A stretch of 64,000 bases of DNA from positions 2,880,462 to 2,944,461 of the forward strand of contig NW_002060943.1 of assembly GCF_000150275.1 (NCBI RefSeq). The letters are read 5' to 3'. The notes under the pieces are model-generated. The model worked only from the letters and a program-made list of their open reading frames with translations. It searched no databases and was not told the origin of the DNA. This stretch comes from Trichoplax adhaerens (Eukaryota; Animalia; Placozoa). Positions 56,320-64,000 of the stretch are shown here, in pieces (the stretch's first letter is position 1; every line of letters starts with the position of its first letter). The position numbers and the translations under genes are program-made.

Positions 56320-57649
56320 AATTATAATTTAAACTTCCCTGACTCTAGTTGTAAGTTTATTGCGTTTTATTTTATTTCTATGATTGAAATGAAGTTTATA
56401 TAAGATGTTACAAAGTTAAACATTAAACATTAAATACGAATTCTACCCCTGCTTTAATTGGCAATTGACGATCTTATGACTGCCATTTTTCTAGGTTCAA
56501 CAGCCTATCATCTATGTGAAAATGCAAGCTGCCATTACTTTGATTAGCTCATGAAAAGTCATACAAATGCAACTCTCTACTTGATTAGAAAATACCTAAT
56601 AGTATCGTTAAAATGGGGATAATAATTCATATTGAATATTTCTTCATAGGAGATAATCATTTTTGACAATCTATATTTGAAAGAATAAATTTCAATCAAC
56701 TCAAATCATGAGAATATTTTAATGGATAGATCGAATTGCTGATTTCTTAGTTATGATTTATTACAGTGAGCATCTTACATATTCTGTTAATTAAAACCAA
56801 TTTCAATTGTTTTCTTGTCACTTTTGCGATTGGTACACTTGTAACATTAAATTTTGCTAATATTTGATATTTGATATTTGCTAACTATAGTGTAATTTAA
56901 TGATTTGAAAATTGTAAAAGTTTCTTTTTAGTTGCTGTGATACAAACTATGAGCTGTCGAAGGTTTATTTGACTTGATACGTGTAATTATTCTCTATAGA
57001 ATTCCATGGTTTTATTTGGGATTCATATTTTAAAACGCAGTAGGCTACGTTTGTTTAGGGTATAAAAAAAGGTAAAATTATAGAATATAATTTATGTAAT
57101 GATTTAAACTCAAATGTAGAGATTCAACGTCAGATTTTTGTTTCTAGTGATATGAATATAATTTTAATGGACCGGATTATTTCTATGAAATTCTATAATT
57201 GATTTAACACTTCAAGCCTGAAATAAAGTGCGGTTATCATTATGTTCTCAATCAATATTAGGAAAAACAAATTAAAAGTATTCGTTAGATTCCTACGATA
57301 TAAATTAATAGCGACTAACAATTATTGGCTTAATTCCTACTATTATAGACCGGATTTTATAATAGCTACTTATCGATTATGAAGCGTGAACTTTAATATA
57401 TAAAGTTATGCACATATAGCTAAATAAATTGTTCGTCTAAGTCTGTCATGATCATTTGGTGGCCTAGATTAATTATAAATTTCGAGGATACATACGATTA
57501 CATGAATGAGTGCGCATAGATCATCGTAACCCAAAATTGTAAAGTAGCGATTGGTAGATGATTTTATAACTGACTTTATAGTCTATCAACCGTTCGAAAT
57601 GACACCACATGTACTATTATAGCTATTCCTGTCTATAATTAATGCCTAC

Positions 57650-57812
57650 TTGGTATACCACTCTTTTTGCTTTAATTCCTTGGAAATTACTACCCTAAAT
57701 AATCGACTATATGTACCACATTTTTTGCTTTCATTCCTGAAAATATGGCTCTGAATAATCGACTATGTATAACACTTTTTCAATTTAATTCCTTGAAAGT
57801 ATTACCCTAAAT
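57650..57812. repeat. Minisatellite, about 60-bp unit x3
   Basis: Repeated cac(a)tttttt..ttt.attcct.gaaa...aataatcgactat. Confidence 0.8.
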
Positions 57813-57899
57813 TTGACATTGCCTCGGCTCAAAGCATTATTACTGGTTTACGTGATTGATTGTCACCAGACACATATCTTTTTAATATGTAGCTTGTCG

Positions 57900-58225
57900 T
57901 GAAATATCTATCGCTTTCATCTCATCAACATTACATCATTGCGACTAATTGATATATTTAGCGGTTAAATTTATATTAATATATTATGATACGTATACTT
58001 TTTTATCATGTAATTCTGCAAATGAAATATCTATCGCTTTCATTATATCGTATAAATATACGGACTAATCGATATATTCAGGGGTCAAATTTATTTTAAT
58101 ATATGGCAATGCATATACTTGTTTATCACGTAATTAGTAAATGAAATATCTGTCGCTTTCATCGTACCAAACTTGCAATACCTTGAATAATCGATATATT
58201 TAGCCGCCAAACTTATTTTAATGTT
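57900..58225. repeat. Tandem repeat, about 121-bp unit x3
   Basis: tgaaatatct(a/g)tcgctttcat at 57900, 58023 and 58142. Confidence 0.85.
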
Positions 58226-60084
58226 GTGCATTTTTTTCCAGGAAGTAGCCGAACACCTAGTAAAGGCATATATTAATGACTGGCTGTAGGTAATTATAGT
58301 ACCGGCAGTACAGTAATTAATAGCTATTATTCATTAATTTTAAATTTTTTAATTTTTCTTGACATTATTTGCTGTAAAAAAATAATTTTTATCATTAATT
58401 TACAAAAAAGAAGAATGAATACGTAAACCCATAGAATTTATTAAACTTTATAACTGTTCCATAATATATAAACATTCAATCCGGATGTTGTAGGCTGGGC
58501 TTCTCGGAAGACTAAATGCAGTTTAGGATATATATAACATGAAGGTTATCAGGTATCATAACTTTACTACAGGTTTTGCACTGCTTGACACAATCTTGAA
58601 ATTTTTGAAATTTAAGAATTCCGTTATGAATGATATTGCTAACTAAGAGTAGATGGCATTGCAGTAGCCCAATAAGTACGCAACTACAGGTTATAGATTT
58701 CAATTTTAGAATATTTTCGATAAATTTCTTTTAGCGCCGATAAAAAATAAGTATAGGTTAGGTGTAAAGTACTGCAACTGATATGCGAGGCTAATTTCAG
58801 GAGTCATCGATATTTTAACAAGTATTAATAATCGCTGAAAAAATAAATTGCTAGTAAAATAATTACCGCATAAATATTACATTTCATACCAATAAGTAGT
58901 ACTGACGTTTTAGAAATTGATCACGATTACGTATGGAGGTAGAGTGATACGCAGAATGATGTAATTAATTTGATGATAGCCGAAACTTTTCGAAATGGTT
59001 GATCATATTTTGCGATAAGATAAATTGTCTCTTAATTGCTAGATCATGAAGCCATCATAATTCACAGATGTACAGAAATGATTTTACTGTTGGAGTTTAC
59101 TGCAACTCAAGTATCACCCTAATATCGTCTGATTTTTATCATCTTGAATAATTAATTTGCTTTTACTTAAATTTTACTCCTTTAAAGCCAAAGTTAACAA
59201 CAGCAGCTACCGTTTAATGAAATTTATCACAGCCATTGTATAACATTGAATGTGTTAACGAAAGCTAAAATTAGATCGTGATAATCATTATAAATAGATT
59301 TTACATTTGCGCAAATCCTACTTATGCGGCTTGTTGGTTAGTTACTCACGAAAATCTGCTTCATTAGCAGTAAACAAAACTAAGGTATGGGAGGAATAAT
59401 GATAAAAATTATATGTATGATACGGTGTAGCTAATATTATGAACCTTTACGTGATTAATCACTTAGTTAGTGGGGTATTGTAACAATTGTTAAAATAACT
59501 TAAATATTCTAGGCGGTGGACATAATAATTAAACAACTTTAATAGTATAATTTTGATGGTATACACGTGTTCATGTTTATGACATTTTTCTATATTGATA
59601 ATAATTAGAATTGATTAAGGACACCTTTCATATGTAATGAAAAGCTAGCTGTATCTTGTATATGGTATAACTAAGTCATCAATGACCAATTTTGAGAAAT
59701 TGATAATAGCTGCGCATTGCATGACCGCGAATTGTAAGCAAGGCGTGCAACAGGAGATTTCCATCAGCTTGGTAAAGTACTGTAGTGGGTCTATTAGATC
59801 AAAGAATGGAAGTAGGAAGTAAAATCATTTTAGCTATACATCTCGAATTCGAGTTTAGTATTTATTCTCATGCATAAACATAAATAATAATATAATCAGG
59901 TGATTGATTATTGTAAAATTTTATTTCTTTATTACGATAATAGATATGTTCCGCATATGATTACTAATGGAAACATGTGGATGCAGATTGTAAATTGTAG
60001 ATTATATTTTAAATATTAAGACGTAACTAGAATTTATAGTCATTTTAAGATAACGATAGCATATCGAATGATTTTTAATAACAT

Positions 60085-61905
60085 TTAATTACATCCATTA
60101 ACTATAGCATCAACTGATAGCAATAATACTACCATATCGATGTCATAATTCCAGGGTTTAACGGATATACTATCGTCTATTAAAATCGTTTTACTTGCAT
60201 CTGTTACTTCATTCTGTAGCATCATCATGTAACTACTACCAACTTGAAATCCAAAGCATTGGCATCTTAACATTTCTTTTCGTAACTGGAAATTGTGTAT
60301 ATGGACTTTTGACATAGACTTAAATCTATTCTGTTTATAAACAATAGCTGAACTTATCCTAATGGTTATCCATCCTTTATCCTCTTTTATCGATAGAACT
60401 CTACCTTTTATAACTGATCATGAAATAAGAGCATTGGCGTTACTAGTACTATCATCTCATTCTTATCTCAATATGAATATTTTTGTATCAAAGCTTACTT
60501 TTAATCTTTTAAATTATTGAAATAGTCTTACCGGAATCTGCTCGGCAGTAACTTTGTTTATTTATTCTCTGTCGGCTATAATCGCATGCTTTACAATCTA
60601 GAAAGGATAAAATGCATGTTTCTAAAAGTAACTAGTAGATTTTACTGGCCTATCGTTACTTTGTCACTGTCAGTGGAACTGTGAATGTAATCTACGTTGT
60701 GAGAAATTGATTCATAAGACACTGTATCAAAGTATCTGCAGGGCCTATACATATTGACTACTACTGGGATTTAGTTCATTCATATCGGTGATAGATAATT
60801 TTCAATTAATTGTAAGTTCTTTCATGACTTACCTTTGAAATAGTACGTCTCTTCTTTGCTTTGTATTCCTATGGAAGAGATACGTGCATTTGTAGTCAGT
60901 TTTAGAAATCAGTAGTATACTTATAAAATGAAAGATAATTTAGTTAGAACTGCAATTATAGCATATTAGTAAAATACTGAAATTTTCGATAGCATATTGG
61001 TAAATGAGAAATTATACAGTGGCAAATCAGTAATTTTCCCTGAAGAAGATTGAGTACATTATAATTTGTTTAATCAATTTAAATTTATCAGGCCTTTTTA
61101 AAGTTACCTGTAAAATTTTTTATTGGGATTCCAGGTTTCAAAAATCGTATTTCTAGCAGATTAGTTAATGCAAAATTTGAAAGTGGAAATTGATAGCAAG
61201 AAATATTTTAAATTGCAAATTATGCATCATAAAATTGGCAGTTACTTAATTTAGTAGCAAAAGTTATGCAGGCTTACTGATGCATGGTTGAACGGGTGCT
61301 GATGTTTTAAAATATCCATGATCACATTCATCACATTTTAAGCCAACAGAACCTTCTCTGCATTTGCACTGGGCCGTAGTTTGATCACAATTACTATTCA
61401 AAGAGCCATGAGGATTGCATTGGCATTCTACTCATATTTTTTTTAGTCGTCAATAATAGAAAATCATAATTAAAGGTTCTTCATTAATAAACTATGCGTA
61501 TATTATCACGAAATATGCGTATGTAGATATTTAGAGTGAAAGTTTTATAATAGATATATTTATTAAAAAAAATTTTACTAATCTGATAAATAGTTTTTAA
61601 ATGAGGATCAATCTTAATTACGTACTGTTACAAGGGGAATCTAACTTTTCCGAAGGATGACGATAATAACCACTTTTGCATCGCTCACACTGGTCACCAG
61701 TAGTTCCATTTTGACAATCCACACAAATTGGCTGACTCATATTATCATAAGCAGATGATGGATAGAGATCTGTAATATTTGGCGTGCAATTCACTGCGTG
61801 CTCATGGCACTGGCATTTATTTATATCAGGTCGTGGAGGAGAGGCAAACACTGAAGTAAATAGTACTATAACTAACAAAATGATGAAAGTAGGGCAGTTT
61901 TCCAT
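60085..61905 (-). CDS. Truncated netrin-family protein (signal peptide + LE/V-2 + LE/V-3 + NTR/C345C), 301 aa, 6 exons: 61905-61626, 61427-61278, 61152-61108, 60868-60833, 60597-60532, 60413-60085
   Basis: V-2-like CQCHEHA..C..N..LY...C.DC...T.G.QCERCK.GYYR; V-3-like CQCNPHGS...CDQTTAQCKCREG..G.KCDEC..GY.....P..PCIKI; NTR DC..C.....RIN...YCRAD...VYKQ...CQC...Y...W...C. All five introns are phase 1 GT-AG; total 906 nt. Confidence 0.9.
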
Positions 61906-64000
61906 TTTAGATTACTTTACTTATCCTAACCTTAGATTAACTGATGTATGGCAATGAATCATATTATATACCTTCTGATATTCATTCAGTTCTATTGATG
62001 GAAATCAGTCGTATGCTATAGAAGGAAGTGATTATTTACGCCCCCTTTCTATGGAATAACGGTATAGATGATCATGCTGACGGTCAAAATGGCCTAAACA
62101 ATGCCATCACACTATTTCACAATAGTCATGCTTGTCTTATTTAGCGCTACTAATATAATCCTACATGATATCATCAATCCTCTAAGGTCCTTAAAAGTAT
62201 ACTACAGTCCCTAACGTTATAAATGAATTATCATGCTCATGAAAGAATTGAATGCCACATTTTCTGATATTTTAGGTATGAAGATGACTCATGTTCTTAT
62301 AAATAATAGATTATATTTAACTTATGACTTTTCTTTATTAAGGTAATTCTTGACTATAGATTACTCTAATTTCAGCGTAATTATTCTATTGATTGAATAA
62401 TTTATTGTTTTCACCCTTATTAAAGCGATATAAACTATATTTCCATGCCCATTATAAAAACCAAATTGTCCATTCACAGTATCAAATGGACACAGAACAA
62501 AATTCATTACAGTCTACTAAGTTCGCTAGCTCACCAAATTTAGATCAGATTTATTCACCATCAATCCATTTAGAGCATTACTGGTAATATTGTATTACTT
62601 AAATGCTGTAATATACAATTTATCCTTAAGCGTACTTGACGAAGAGATGCATATATCCACGTAACAATGGCAATCAACGATGCCATATGCCTATATCTTA
62701 AAATAATGGATGAAATAGATTACTATCTTAACAGTTCTGATAAATACTGACATCTTAAATTGTAGATTTTTACAATTTAGGTAAAAAAATAAAGATAACT
62801 GGCTCACACCATATTTTAACATAAAAAAAATCATAATGTCGCCTCTGTAGAGGAGAAATGTACACAGTAGAGAAAAGTTCGTACCATAGCTACGGTGCAA
62901 AACTCATGACACTACCGCGCAAAACTCAAAGTGCTCAAAGTTCTATTTAGGTATCACTTCTAAATTAGTTCTTCCAGTACAACTTCTATTTCGTTTAAAG
63001 TAAAGTTAAGCTTGTAGGAGGAGATGCTATTTGCGTATAATTATCTTTGCAGCCTTTGAAATGGACGGAATTAAGAGATGCTGTATTTGGTATCAAGTTG
63101 AATGTTGATCTAGGATAGGTGAATTATTATTGCTTGCCAGTAAATATAAGATACAGAATCTGATTTAACGATTTCCCCTCCCCTTGTATTAGATCTTGTA
63201 GTAATAATGACAACAGTAAACTCTAGTCATTGTTACTACTTCTCTTTCTCAGAATTTAATAGCTAAACAATCAAGCACTTGATTAAGAATTTGCTGGCGA
63301 TTAGTACAAATTATATTACCTTACCCTTCCGATTAGCATCATTAATCATTCTTGTTTCCGACTCTGATTGCTTCAATAAATGAAGCGTCGATAGGAACGA
63401 AACACCTACAGTATACGGAGATTATTTTCAATTTCTTTTATTTGGGCAATTAATTAATTATATATACATTTGACAAGCCGATTCATTGATTCTGTTTTAT
63501 ATCTTGTAAACGACTTCCCGCTGGGATCAGTGAATATTACAATGCGACTCACCATATCATCCTGCATTTTTACTTTGTACCACCTGGGTATCAATACTGT
63601 ATTAAGCTAATAAGTATATGTTGTACTGTTATTTTAAGCTACATTCTATTCATATAGGTAGCAGTTTAATTATAGTTACAATCTTACAGAAAGTTTACTC
63701 CCATCATTAACGTGCACGCGCTTAGTATGGTAATGAACAGCTTATTGATTACGCTTCCGTATATTAATTATCTTCTTAATGATGATGTTGTACTAGTCAC
63801 AGCTAGAGTCGAAATCGATGGCAGTTTGGTATTCCATGAATGTGTAGGACATGGATCTGCTTATATTTTGTTATCATACTTCACAAACATTCTCAATTTT
63901 AAACAGCTTTTAAACCCAGCACGTTAAAATTTCGCTTAATTTATCAAACACATCTACCACAAAGACATTTGTGAACGAACTCAGTTCTAGCAATGAATTA

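Noticed and set aside
57650-58225. CRISPR-like array
   Set aside because: The whole units are degenerate tandem copies with no unique spacers, the context is eukaryotic and there are no cas genes.

Overview
AT-rich eukaryotic (animal) genomic DNA with short GT-AG introns. Gene content and style suggest a placozoan such as Trichoplax; this is an inference, not verified. Seven intact genes can be reconstructed: (1,2) two divergently oriented paralogous precursors of secreted 8-Cys knottin/conotoxin-like peptides (8383-8634 -, 22342-22599 +); (3) a 3-exon ERK5/MAPK7 with its full C-terminal tail, head-to-head with (4) an 11-exon PLBD2 that includes a 13-nt microexon; (5) a single-exon atypical class A GPCR; (6) a TIR-less LRR transmembrane receptor; (7) a 6-exon 'mini-netrin' (signal peptide + LE2 + LE3 + NTR, with no laminin N-terminal domain). 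The first 19 kb holds four solo LTRs of two related families, each with TG..CA-type termini and its own target-site duplication. The younger pair lies between the two peptide genes, each copy co-oriented with its neighbouring gene. Also present are a duplicated PSE+TATA-like promoter, a palindrome-rich bidirectional promoter, several degenerate tandem repeats and decayed gene remnants (Death/TIR-like, iGluR-like, CARD-like). The best candidates for undescribed biology are the cysteine-rich secreted peptide pair and the truncated netrin. All exon structures and identities were derived by eye.
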